This document shows, piece by piece, positions 17,445 through 26,960 of a DNA stretch of 28,761 nucleotides. Source of the DNA: an uncultured Verrucomicrobiales bacterium (GTDB lineage Bacteria > Verrucomicrobiota > Verrucomicrobiia > Verrucomicrobiales > DEV007). The translations under genes were made by a program, and so were the position numbers. Numbering within the stretch: the first letter of the stretch is position 1; every line of letters begins with the position of its first letter. The DNA lies in assembly GCA_938091905.1 (NCBI GenBank), contig CALKOM010000156.1, positions 1 through 28,761 of the forward strand, given 5' to 3'. The notes beneath the pieces were generated by a model. The model saw nothing but the letters and a program-made list of their open reading frames with translations. It searched no databases and was not told the DNA's origin.

Positions 17445-18682
17445 GCCAATTTAGGATTGCATGGCCGTGTGTAAACCGCCTGAACGACGCTAATATTCCG
17501 GGTGGCAAATGCAGCTTCACAGTATTTCAAATAATAACTCCACTTGCGGATGAAGCGTTCAGAGAAACCAAGTTCTCTGACTGACTCTAACTGCTCATTA
17601 AACTGATCATACCACTCACTCAAGGTTCGAGCGTAACTGAGTCCGAGATCCTCCAGTCCGTGAAGGAAGAGATCACCGGTGCTTTGAAAGACCTCATTCA
17701 TTCGACTGATGCTAAGCAGAAGTGATCCGGGGAAAATGTGTTTCTGAATGAAGTCAGTGCCCTTCCTTAGATCTCCGTAGTTGCTGTCTGGCACAGTGAT
17801 CATTTGCACAGCGAGCAGGCCATCTGATTTGAGCACTTCGTGGCATTTAGCGGCCCAGGTCTTGTGATATTTGTCCCCTACGGCTTCTAACATTTCGATG
17901 GAAGCAATTTTATCGAACTGGCCGGTGATGTCGCGATAATCTTGCAAGCGAATCTCGATTCTGTCCTCCAGTCCCGCCTGGCGTACATGGCGGGTGGCTT
18001 CATCGAACTGCGCCTGAGAGATTGTCACTGCAGTGACACGGCATCCGTGGCGCTCAGCTGCATGACAGCTGAAACCTCCCCATCCGCAACCGATCTCCAA
18101 GACGTGATCGCTCTCTTTTAGTTGAAGCTTTTCACAAAGCGCTTCGTACTTTGAACGCTGAGCTTCTTCGAGCGTTTGTTTAGACTCAGTGAAACGCGCA
18201 GAGGAGTAGGTCATCGTTGGGTCGAGCCACAGTCGATAAAAGTTGTTCCCAAGATCGTAGTGCTCTTCAATATTGCGACGGCTGGTGGCCTTGCTGTTGT
18301 GCCTGAGGCGATGACCCATACGGTCGATGAACTTCAATAAGCCAACCAGGCGTAACCTCTGGGAGGAACCCCTAAGTTTCTTGTTCGCATGGAGGTTTAG
18401 AATGAACCACGTGATGACGTCTTTTATATCATCGGTTTCCCAATCGCCGTCCATGTAAGACTCGCCGAGCCCAACACCACCGCCGAGTGCACATTTGCGA
18501 AAAAAGGCTTCATCATTCACTTCGATACCAGCGTAGAACTTGGCATCCTCGTCGCCTATTGCCACGGAATCACCACCGGGAAGGGTAAGCATAAGGCAAC
18601 CCTTGGAAAAACCCCGAAGCGTTTTCAGAACAGGTGCACGATAGATACTCTTTGCTGATGGCGAATGGGCGGGCGCGTTCAT
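17441..18682 (-). CDS. cfa: Cyclopropane-fatty-acyl-phospholipid synthase family methyltransferase (UfaM/UfaA1-like)
   Basis: GLGESYMDGDW, NIEEHYDLGNNFYRLWLDPTMTYSSA, VLEIGCGWGG, FDKIASIEMLEAVG, DFIQKHIFPG, YYLKYCEAAF. Confidence 0.9.
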   Translation of the reverse strand: MNAPAHSPSAKSIYRAPVLKTLRGFSKGCLMLTLPGGDSVAIGDEDAKFYAGIEVNDEAFFRKCALGGGVGLGESYMDGDWETDDIKDVITWFILNLHANKKLRGSSQRLRLVGLLKFIDRMGHRLRHNSKATSRRNIEEHYDLGNNFYRLWLDPTMTYSSARFTESKQTLEEAQRSKYEALCEKLQLKESDHVLEIGCGWGGFSCHAAERHGCRVTAVTISQAQFDEATRHVRQAGLEDRIEIRLQDYRDITGQFDKIASIEMLEAVGDKYHKTWAAKCHEVLKSDGLLAVQMITVPDSNYGDLRKGTDFIQKHIFPGSLLLSISRMNEVFQSTGDLFLHGLEDLGLSYARTLSEWYDQFNEQLESVRELGFSERFIRKWSYYLKYCEAAFATRNISVVQAVYTRPCNPKLA

Positions 18683-19476
18683 GGTTTTGGAATACCAGTT
18701 AGGCTGGAGTGTGGTTGGATCACATCACGTTGCAAGGCGAGGTCCTCAGACTTGCGCTTGAAAGGAAGGCGTTTTGTCCACAGACGAAACGCTTGCCAAT
18801 GAATCTTGAGGATGACCTGCAGGGTGAGAAAAGGATAGCGGACTGTGTACCAGAATAATCTGCGGTTTGTTAGGGTATGGCGCTTGCCACGAATCCAACT
18901 CACGAGAGTCGTCTTACCATCTTCGACGTCGTCGATGTGAAGCTCGATCTTTTCGCTGGGAACTCGAAGCCTGAATTTGAACTGCGTGGTAAGTGTGGTA
19001 AACGGCGATACATAGAAGTGCTTTGGCACAGTGCGACTAAATGATTTAGACCCGGGTGGCGTTTCAATAAGCCACGGTTTTATTTCCCGAAATGTGTTAC
19101 ACACTTCCACCACGGCATAAAGCGGTGCGCCCTCAGCGTTCGAGATGAAATAGAAACATACAGGATTAAAAATATAACCAGCGATACGAGGCAGTGTGAT
19201 CAAGCGAATGCTTGCATCAGCCGGAAGCACCACGCCTTGCTCCTTGAACCAAGCCTTAAGGTTACTGCGAATGTCAGGCTTCCCAACATCGAGATGATCT
19301 TTGTCGCGAAAGCTATAGAGATTGAAGCGATTGTGACTGAAAGGCAGTAGCCGTTTTGCCAGCATTGGAATTTCGTCAAGATCGAGATCCATGAAGAAGA
19401 GGCGATAGCTGAAACGATGACGTTTTGGTGAGAGGCGCTCATGATAAACCTCACACTCGTAGAGTCCTGAGTTCAT
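18679..19476 (-). CDS. DUF1365-family protein (UfaO/Rv0448c-like)
   Basis: HERLSPKRHRFSY, LPRIAGYIFNPVCFYF, EVCNTF, KHFYVSPF, IHWQAFRLW. Start at 19476 forms an ATGA overlap. Confidence 0.9.
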   Translation of the reverse strand: MNSGLYECEVYHERLSPKRHRFSYRLFFMDLDLDEIPMLAKRLLPFSHNRFNLYSFRDKDHLDVGKPDIRSNLKAWFKEQGVVLPADASIRLITLPRIAGYIFNPVCFYFISNAEGAPLYAVVEVCNTFREIKPWLIETPPGSKSFSRTVPKHFYVSPFTTLTTQFKFRLRVPSEKIELHIDDVEDGKTTLVSWIRGKRHTLTNRRLFWYTVRYPFLTLQVILKIHWQAFRLWTKRLPFKRKSEDLALQRDVIQPHSSLTGIPKP

Positions 19477-20735
19477 ACTGCGACCTCCCATGGATCTCCT
19501 TTGAGGAGACTATGGCAGAGATCAACGGAAGATCTAAAGGCGTCCTCGTGAAAGCCATAACGAAAGTAACTTCCGCAGAAGAACGTACGACCCTTGGGGT
19601 CGTTGAGCTCTGGCAGACGCTTCTGTGCTTTTATAGCATTGAGATCGAACAGAGGGTGTTCATAATCGAGGGCTCGTTTGGACGCGGCCTCTGGCACTCC
19701 TTCACTCGCGTTGAGTGAAACAAAGTAGTCTTTCTTATCGGACACATCCTGCAGGGAGTTCATCCAGTAGTGTGTACTGTTCCCTTTACGTCCCGAGCGA
19801 TAATTCCAAGAAGCCCAGCAACGTTGCGTCTTCGGCATGAACTTCGTATCCGTGTGGACACGCACAGAATTTTGCTGGTAGGCGAACGGGCTGAGGAGTT
19901 CGACCTGCAAAGCGGTAGGAGTCTCAAGTAATTTTAGAGACTGATCTGCATGCGATGCCAAGACCACTTTATTAAAGCATTCAGTGCCTCGTGGGCTGTC
20001 GATTTCGACTCCGGCATCGGTTGTGCGCACTGCTAGCACCGGCGTTTTAGTGTGAATGCGCTCTCGAAACGGTTCTACTAGACGTTTGACATACTCTCGA
20101 GAGCCGCCATCGACCGTGCGCCATTGATGTTGCTTGTCGAGTCCCAAGAAACCGTGATTATGCCAGAACCGAAGTAGCGTCATGGCTGGAAATTGCAGCA
20201 TTTGCTCATGAGGCGTTGACCAGACGGCCGAACTCATCGGTATTAAATAACGTTCAAGAAAGTCCTGCCCATAACCACGGGCGTCCACGTACTCTTGCAG
20301 CGTCATTTCTGCCCACTGTGGTTCTTCTAGAGCCGGGAGAGCTTCCTTATTAAATCGATTCAGCTGCGCAAGGAATCGCCAGTGGCGAAGACTAAGGAGG
20401 TTACGGCGTTGTCCGAAGAGAGTGTTGATGCTAGCACCATTCCATTCCACACCGGACTGAAGTTGCTGCACACTGAACGACATCGAGGTAGTTTTGGTCC
20501 GGACATCAAGTTCGGCAAATAGCCGTGTGAGAAGTGGGTAGGTGACCTCGTTGTAAACCATGAAGCCAGTGTCAAGCACCACCTCCTGATCGTTGTCACT
20601 AATGGTGATTGTGTTGCTATGGCCACCAATGTAATCGCCTGCTTCAAAAACAGTCAACTCTGCTCTTCTATGCAAGAAATGAGCGCAGCCGAGCCCAGCG
20701 ATGCCGCTACCAATGATAGCAATCCTTTCCGGCAT
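19473..20735 (-). CDS. FAD-dependent oxidoreductase, COG2907-type (UfaD/Rv0449c-like)
   Basis: IAIIGSGIAG, GGHSNT, DTGFMVYNEVTYP, MSFSV, WASWNY, YEHP, CGSYFRYGFHEDA. Confidence 0.9.
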   Translation of the reverse strand: MPERIAIIGSGIAGLGCAHFLHRRAELTVFEAGDYIGGHSNTITISDNDQEVVLDTGFMVYNEVTYPLLTRLFAELDVRTKTTSMSFSVQQLQSGVEWNGASINTLFGQRRNLLSLRHWRFLAQLNRFNKEALPALEEPQWAEMTLQEYVDARGYGQDFLERYLIPMSSAVWSTPHEQMLQFPAMTLLRFWHNHGFLGLDKQHQWRTVDGGSREYVKRLVEPFRERIHTKTPVLAVRTTDAGVEIDSPRGTECFNKVVLASHADQSLKLLETPTALQVELLSPFAYQQNSVRVHTDTKFMPKTQRCWASWNYRSGRKGNSTHYWMNSLQDVSDKKDYFVSLNASEGVPEAASKRALDYEHPLFDLNAIKAQKRLPELNDPKGRTFFCGSYFRYGFHEDAFRSSVDLCHSLLKGDPWEVAV

Positions 20736-20738
20736 GAC

Positions 20739-21680
20739 TCAGCTATTTGAGGCTTCTTTGTAAACGTGGTCTGGCACTGGACGAAGATCCCAGATCAATC
20801 CAGTCCACGATAGGAGTTTGAGTATGTAATAAGAAATATCGATCTCCCACCAGTAGAAGCCTTGACGTGCCGCATGCGCGTAACGGTGGTGGTTGTTGTG
20901 CCAGCCTTCACCAAGAGTCATTAGCGACAGCGCAAGGCTGTTTCGGCTATCATCATCGGTTTTGAAACGTCGACGCCCGAATACATGAGCGAGCGAGTTG
21001 ATGAACAGCGTACCGTGAAGGAGAAACACCGTACTGATAATCCCGCCCCAAACGAAGAGTTGTGCACCGCTGGTGCCAAGTCCTGGAGCAATGTTTGCCA
21101 ATCCAGCCCCTACTACCCAGAGCGCTAGTCCGTAGAGGATAGGCACCAGGTAATCGCGGCGGTTCAGGAAAACCAGCTCAGGGAAGCGCGCAAGGTCTGG
21201 AATCGCCTTGTAATTCGTGGGAAAGTTGCTGGCGCTGGTGAGCCAGCCAATGTGCGCCCAGATAAAGCCGCCTTGTGTAGGCGAATGCTTGTCCTCCTCC
21301 TCATCAGAATGCTTGTGATGATGCCTATGCGTCGCTGCCCACCAAAGCGCACCTCGCTGCATAGAAGTGTTTCCCAAAACTGCGAACAGGAATTGGACTG
21401 GGCGTGAGGTGCGAAACGCACGATGGGAAAAATAGCGATGGTAGAAAGCCGTGATGGCAAACATGCGAACAAGGTAAAGGACCAGCGCAGAAGCTACGGC
21501 AAACCAGCTCCAGCCAACCCAAATAACTGAAACACATGCCACGTGTAAGGCGATGTAGGGTGTGGCCCTTCGTGCATCGAAGCGATCTTTGCCGTCGAAC
21601 GCCTCATTTGCGGACTGATAATCGGCGTTCAACCATTGTCGAAGAATTTCAACCAGACGACGAAAGAGTGGAAAAGACAC
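20739..21680 (-). CDS. Acyl-CoA/acyl-lipid desaturase (delta-9 type)
   Basis: Histidine boxes HRYFSH, HRHHH, GEGWHNNHH; INSLAH; WWEIDISY. Confidence 0.92.
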   Translation of the reverse strand: MSFPLFRRLVEILRQWLNADYQSANEAFDGKDRFDARRATPYIALHVACVSVIWVGWSWFAVASALVLYLVRMFAITAFYHRYFSHRAFRTSRPVQFLFAVLGNTSMQRGALWWAATHRHHHKHSDEEEDKHSPTQGGFIWAHIGWLTSASNFPTNYKAIPDLARFPELVFLNRRDYLVPILYGLALWVVGAGLANIAPGLGTSGAQLFVWGGIISTVFLLHGTLFINSLAHVFGRRRFKTDDDSRNSLALSLMTLGEGWHNNHHRYAHAARQGFYWWEIDISYYILKLLSWTGLIWDLRPVPDHVYKEASNS

Positions 21681-21784
21681 TGAATTGGGGCGTTTAAGAT
21701 TGGATAGGGGACTCAGAAGAACTCATACATTACCTAAGCGACGGTGTCGACTCGACCGTGAGGGCGTCGGTGGCCTTTGGTGAA

Positions 21785-21821
21785 AGACAAGCTATGAGAG
21801 AGATGCTCTCGTAGCTTGTCT
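21785..21821. promoter_or_regulatory. Strong hairpin between the fasciclin and desaturase genes (terminator, attenuator or operator)
   Basis: AGACAAGCTATGAGAG-AGATG-CTCTCGTAGCTTGTCT, 15/16 bp stem; only a short T tract on the minus strand. Confidence 0.5.
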
Positions 21822-21954
21822 ACATTGATTCTTATCCAAATCCAGAGAATCGGAACTTTTTCGGCAATGAGCCGACCGACGCTGAGGTCCAATATAAACC
21901 GCAGGAGCCCCAACGTGTTGCTGCTGCCGGACGCTATCGCTTCAAGAGGCGCTA

Positions 21955-23688
21955 TTACCTGGAGGAGGAATGGATCCTCGACATCGCCTGATCCAGATTG
22001 CGCCTCAACATCCATGCACGACTATTTGCGCTATCAACTTTCTTTGCTCGATCGAGGCCCAACGCTAGCATGTTCCGTAACTCCGAATTCACTTTTTCAT
22101 TGCTCACTAACTCTTCGGCACACTTCTGGTAAACAGTTGCGCAAGCAGCAGCTTTTCCGCTATTGTATAGAGGCACGCCCTTACCTATCGCTGAAATAAT
22201 TTGCTGAGCTGGACCTGGTCTGACCGCGCTAACCTTCTCAACATTGCCAGGAATTAGCACCTGATCGATGATGTGGATCACACCGTTGCTGCATTCGATA
22301 TCGACCGTGTTTATGGTGGAGCCATTAACCTTTAAGAGGCCCTCTGACACTGCAAACTCAAGAGACTCACCACCGAGGGTTAGTGCCTGACCTGAATTGA
22401 GCGCGTCACCTGCAGAGACTCGGCCCTTCACTACATGGTATTTTAGTATTCCCTCTAGCTTCTCGCGGTTTTCCTCCAAGAGGAGGCTCTCAGCGCTTTC
22501 GGGGAGCCGTCCAACGGCTGCGTCAGTGGGAGCGAAGACAGTGAATGGCCCATCAGCCGTGAGTGCCGAGACTAGACCAGTCGCCTCAAGGGCCGCCAAG
22601 AGTGTTTCGAAATTGCCTGCCTCTTTGGCCGTATCAAGAATGCTCTTCGGTTTGGGCACAGGAGGTAGCAGAACCGCGTCGATCACATGGATTATTCCAT
22701 TTGAACATTGAATGTCAGCATTAACTAATGAAGCCTCGTTCACTCCAATACGACCTTCTGTAAATGCGATCTGAACTGACTCACCCTGGAGAGTTGTCGG
22801 CGTGCCCAACTTTAGGGCGTCACCAAGCTTCGCTGACCCAGAGATCACGTGGTAATTTAGAATCGAACGCAATGTGTCTCGACTGCTTTCGCCTAACAAC
22901 TTGGAGAGTGTCCCGTCAGGCAGTTTGGCAAAAGCCTCATCGGTTGGAGCTAAAACCGTGAAAGGACCGTCGCCTTGAAGTGCTTCAACCATCTCCGCCT
23001 CAGTGAGTGCGGTCGCCAAGGTAGAGAATCTTCCGTCAGCCAGGGCAGTATCGATAATACTTCTAGAGCTAGTGGCTGAACCAACACCGCTATCCGGACC
23101 ATAGGCGCGAATCCAATCTACTTCGAGAGCGAAAGGTCCGGGCTTTTTGTCACCGAGCAATAGGGTCACCCGTTGGATTTTGCTTGGATCAAAAGCATTC
23201 TCAAGCGAGCGTCCCCGCCAGCTTGCGACGATTTTCTTGAACGGAACAGCAACCTCCCGCCACTCGCCTTTGGTCGTTGGAAAGTCCGCCTTGAATGATA
23301 CCTCACTGGACCGGTAGCGCGCGTCTGTGCTCAGGCGAACTTGATAATTGCGTCCGTCACCCCTCACCCTCATTGCAATTCCTTCACTCTCGCTCAGGTC
23401 GAGATCGACTCTGGACGTTCGCACGGACGAAAATCCACCATTGTTCTCCAACGACAAATTTCCTTTGAACCGCATCGTGCCCTGGTCAGTGAAGGAAACC
23501 TGGCCCTGGGACAGGCCTCCCATGACTCCGTCGTCCACGATGCGCCAATCCAACGTTTCGTTTTGATCGGGATTGAAGTCTGTAATTGGCGCTTCCTCCG
23601 CAGAAGACAGCGTCAAGGGTGTACAAATAGCAGCTGCGACGACAATCGATGATTTGATAAGAGAGTGTAGATTATGTTTCACAAACAA
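21955..23688 (-). CDS. Secreted CIA30 (NDUFAF1-like) domain + 2x fasciclin (FAS1) domain protein
   Basis: CIA30 WRIVDDGVMGGLS, LSLENNGGFSSVR, RVRGDGRNY; FAS1 GPFTVLAPTDEAF/YHVI/SNGIIHVIDAVL and GPFTVFAPTDAAV/YHVV/SNGVIHIIDQVL. The start may be the GTG at 23682. Confidence 0.92.
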   Translation of the reverse strand: MFVKHNLHSLIKSSIVVAAAICTPLTLSSAEEAPITDFNPDQNETLDWRIVDDGVMGGLSQGQVSFTDQGTMRFKGNLSLENNGGFSSVRTSRVDLDLSESEGIAMRVRGDGRNYQVRLSTDARYRSSEVSFKADFPTTKGEWREVAVPFKKIVASWRGRSLENAFDPSKIQRVTLLLGDKKPGPFALEVDWIRAYGPDSGVGSATSSRSIIDTALADGRFSTLATALTEAEMVEALQGDGPFTVLAPTDEAFAKLPDGTLSKLLGESSRDTLRSILNYHVISGSAKLGDALKLGTPTTLQGESVQIAFTEGRIGVNEASLVNADIQCSNGIIHVIDAVLLPPVPKPKSILDTAKEAGNFETLLAALEATGLVSALTADGPFTVFAPTDAAVGRLPESAESLLLEENREKLEGILKYHVVKGRVSAGDALNSGQALTLGGESLEFAVSEGLLKVNGSTINTVDIECSNGVIHIIDQVLIPGNVEKVSAVRPGPAQQIISAIGKGVPLYNSGKAAACATVYQKCAEELVSNEKVNSELRNMLALGLDRAKKVDSANSRAWMLRRNLDQAMSRIHSSSR

Positions 23689-23692
23689 TCTC

Positions 23693-23717
23693 TACGTCGT
23701 AGACGCGGCCATGGATG
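23693..23717 (-). promoter_or_regulatory. Putative ECF-sigma promoter CATCC-N16-CGTA
   Basis: Minus strand AAACATCC-atggccgcgtctacga-CGTAGAG immediately upstream of the fasciclin gene; resembles Rhodobacter sigmaE and mycobacterial SigK promoter types. Confidence 0.6.
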
Positions 23718-24110
23718 TTTGTTCCTCCGGCTGAGTTTCGATTACTACCTTTGGACCAGTTGACCCGCTTATCAACGGATCGACGTTAAAGTAAGAGCGG
23801 CTTAAACAGCCTTGAGCTGCGTCTCCAATTTGAATTGAGGTTAGTTGTGACGCCTCACCTTGGAATCACGTTCTACAAACTCCTGACCGATGGAATGAGT
23901 GACACCTGCCTCTTCATGAGGCTGGTGGTGTGATGGACACAGTAAAACGTGAGTTCGCCCCCGGCGACCTATTTGTGGATGTCACTGAGGAGTCAGCGTG
24001 CTTAAGATGCGATGGGTGTGGGCCTTTCCCCCAAATTCATTTTCTAGGCGGAGAGCGAGGCGCCGATCAGCTTCGTCGCCCTAGCTGAGCTGGTCGCCGC
24101 AGTGAGCTTG

Positions 24111-25660
24111 TTAAGAAGCGCGAGCTCGAGTTTTTAAGCCGCCATCCGGATTTACCCAGATCTGGTCTGCAGGAATGAACTCGGTGGCTCTTTCATTGAG
24201 CGTTTCCATTTCCCTGATGGTCGGTACTCTCGGGGAATGGATGTCGTAAACACCTGGACCAAATTCATTCGGATATCTGAACTCAGCGAAGGCGTCCAAC
24301 AGCTCGAAATTGGACCGCGCGGTCTCTATGGTGATGACATCTGCTTCGAAATCGGCAATCGACTTGATGATGTCGTTGAACTCGCAGTAACACATGTGGC
24401 TGTGAATCTGGGTCTGATCCTTCACACCACTGCTGGATAGCCGGAAGGACTTCACCGTCCAGTCGAGGTAGTCTCTCCATTGTGATTTCAACAGCGGCAA
24501 ACCTTCCCTTGGGGCAGGTTCGTCTATCTGAATGGTATTTATCCCGGCGGCCTCCAAATCTTCGACTTCGTCTCGAAGCGCGAGGGCGATCTTCATGGCA
24601 GTCGATGGCCGCGAGTGGCTGCCTCTGACAAAGGTCCATTGAAGGAGGGTGATGGGACCTGTGAGCATGCCCTTTACCGGCTTGTCCGTATTGGATTGAG
24701 CGAACCGCAACCATTCGACGGTCATCGGTTCTGGGCGAGATATGTCTCCATAAATTACAGGCGGTTTGATACAGCGCTTACCATGACTCTGTCATCCAAC
24801 CGTTCTCGGTCGAAGCGAATCCGCCGATTTTCTCACCGAAATATTCGACTATATTATTCTGCTCGAACTCTCCGTGGACGATTACGTCGATTCCTAGGTC
24901 CTCCTGGAGGCCGACACATTCTGAGGTTCTGAGCCATAAGAAAGTCGAGTAATGTGACTCGCACCATTCACCAGATCGGAAACTCGCTCAAGCCTTCCTT
25001 ACCCCTTTCGTCTGGGGGAAGGAGCCGATCGTGGTCGTTGGGAAAAGTGGTAATTTGCTAACATGGCGCTGGGCTTTCTGACGTCGTTTGAAAACAGACG
25101 GCCAATGGAATTGATCGTCTCGAATTACCGCCGTTCGCGCTTGTACCCTCGGGTCGTGGACCTTGTTGCTCTTTCTCCCTCGTTGAAGGGCAGACTCGTT
25201 TGCTAGGATTACATTGTTGACCCCTCCCGACTAAAGGTGGTCTTTCAGGGACTCTGGTTCTAACAACTTCTCGTTAGCGAAAGCGAGCCAATCCTTGAGT
25301 TCGGTAGCCAGGATCTTCTCGTTTTCAAGGAAACCGGGACATGTAGTAGCGAGCAGGAAGGAGCGACTACTAGCCGGTCCGCTCCGAGCTTGGAAAGTGT
25401 CGGTTTTAGCCTAGAGTCTGCAACATGGAGGTCAGTTTTCCAGACATTACGACCATGAATGATACCGATTGAGAGCACCTGTTCATCGGTCAGGCGACCG
25501 GTTACCTGCGCGACTTCAGAGCCACACCTAGTTCCGTCTAGGTACATTCCCGCCACCGGAAGATCCATAACGGCATCGAAGTTCTCGCCTTGGCCTCCAA
25601 CGTAGGTGAGCAGCATGATCTTTAGCTTCGGGTGATCCTTTGCAAACCTTTCGTAGCTTG
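24111..25660 (-). pseudogene. metE: Cobalamin-independent methionine synthase pseudogene (N-terminal part deleted)
   Basis: [57 protein letters not shown] (Zn-ligand Cys of NPDCG changed to Gly). Frameshifted LPLFPTTTIGSFPQT near 25010-25055; GRNVWKTDL and APSCSLLHVP in 25260-25616. Confidence 0.93.
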
Positions 25661-26351
25661 CGCGCAGCAGGTCCCACTGCTAGGCAGATGGGAGTGACAC
25701 AGTCTGCTTTGTCGCACCAGATCAAAGCGATCGAGACGCACTATCAAGAAGCTATTTTCTCGCGACGAACGTCTCCCATCCGCTGGTCGCAGGCCGGTGA
25801 GCGTCTCGTTGCACTGGGCTACGCCGTCCATCAGGCGGTAGCGGATGCCGACCGAAATGTAAGCCGCATCCGATTGATCTCATCGCGGAGAATAGGGCTG
25901 ATTTGGTAATCGGTTCCCACCGAAAGAAGCGCCCAGATGTGGCATTTCATCCGTTATTTCGCTATGAGGTGTTACGAGTATTTGGCAATAGCCATGCTCA
26001 TGAGCGCAAGCTTCACCTGGCGGATAGCGCCTATGTTAGATCCATTTTAATCACCTACTCCGTCAGATTCTTATTCCAACAGGAGTGAACCCGCAGCGCA
26101 GAACCGCGATGATCACTTAAGCGATTCTGCAACTTGTCGCCAGCGGGCGAGGAATCGCTGCGCTGAGAGGGTGGGCTATCCAACCCTTCTTGGATCTGCA
26201 GTAAGTGGCGAGCCGACCAATCACCAGAAATAGTCTGTCGTGCGAGCTGTTCTCCGCAACTATAGCGTCAGCCGCCGACCAGGAGTTTATCAGCACTAAG
26301 CTCAGGACCTGTGCCGACCAGTTGGAAGGAATGGAGAAACCAGAGCACTAA
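25640..26351 (+). pseudogene. metR: LysR-family regulator MetR pseudogene
   Basis: VTQSALSHQIKAIE...FSRRTSPIRWSQAGERL, FHPLFRYE, LITY, AILQLVASGRGIAAL.GW; contains stops and deletions; divergent from metE. Confidence 0.88.
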
Positions 26352-26960
26352 TTACAAATGTCACAACTTAGAAGAGCGCCTGCTCGTCGCATTGTTAATT
26401 GCGCTATTCCTGCAGATGATCTGGAAGCGATTCCGCCGCCCTGTCTCGGCGCTGGCTAAGCAATGTGACAATAGGTCTTCTCAAGACCCTCGATATTTGC
26501 ATGGTGTCCTGGAACCCCTTCGAGAAACATCGGGTATTCGGGACATCTTCTAGCTTACAGCAAACATTGTTACTAGATATCCGCATGTAGTGTAAAGAGG
26601 ATCAAAGGGTGACCCACGCGTTGCGGGAGTGAAAGGCTAACAAACCAGCAATCCTCAATGCTTTACTGTCAAACGAATGTTCATTAGTGTTCTTAGCCGT
26701 AGAGGCTGTTCTAAAAACCCTCACCCTTTAGAAGGGCCAGGCTCCAATGATGCTTTGTCTATCACGATGACTTTAGTAGGCTTGATAGTCTCAAGCTGAG
26801 CCTCGACGCCCCCGGTGAGCGTTTGCATTTCACGATCAGATTTATACTATAAACTTCATTGACCGTGTCACTGTGCTCAAAGATAGGGGGAGAGATCCGT
26901 GGAATCTACCCCAGAAATGGTTGGCACGTGGCGCAACCATGGCTACGATCACGTCAGTCG

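Noticed and set aside
21734..22199. ORFs 21734-22015 (-) and 21816-22199 (+)
   Set aside because: They overlap the fasciclin gene end and the intergenic hairpin, have no motifs and are likely spurious.
23720..24110. Possible gene remnant or riboswitch between the fasciclin gene and metE
   Set aside because: Minus-strand frames are interrupted by stops and match no family I recognise; no SAM or cobalamin riboswitch core is visible.
26311..26860. Small ORFs 26311-26553 and 26404-26586, and an IS-end-like GAGGCTGTTCTAAAAACCC at ~26702
   Set aside because: No recognisable motifs, no partner inverted repeat and no transposase; too weak to call.
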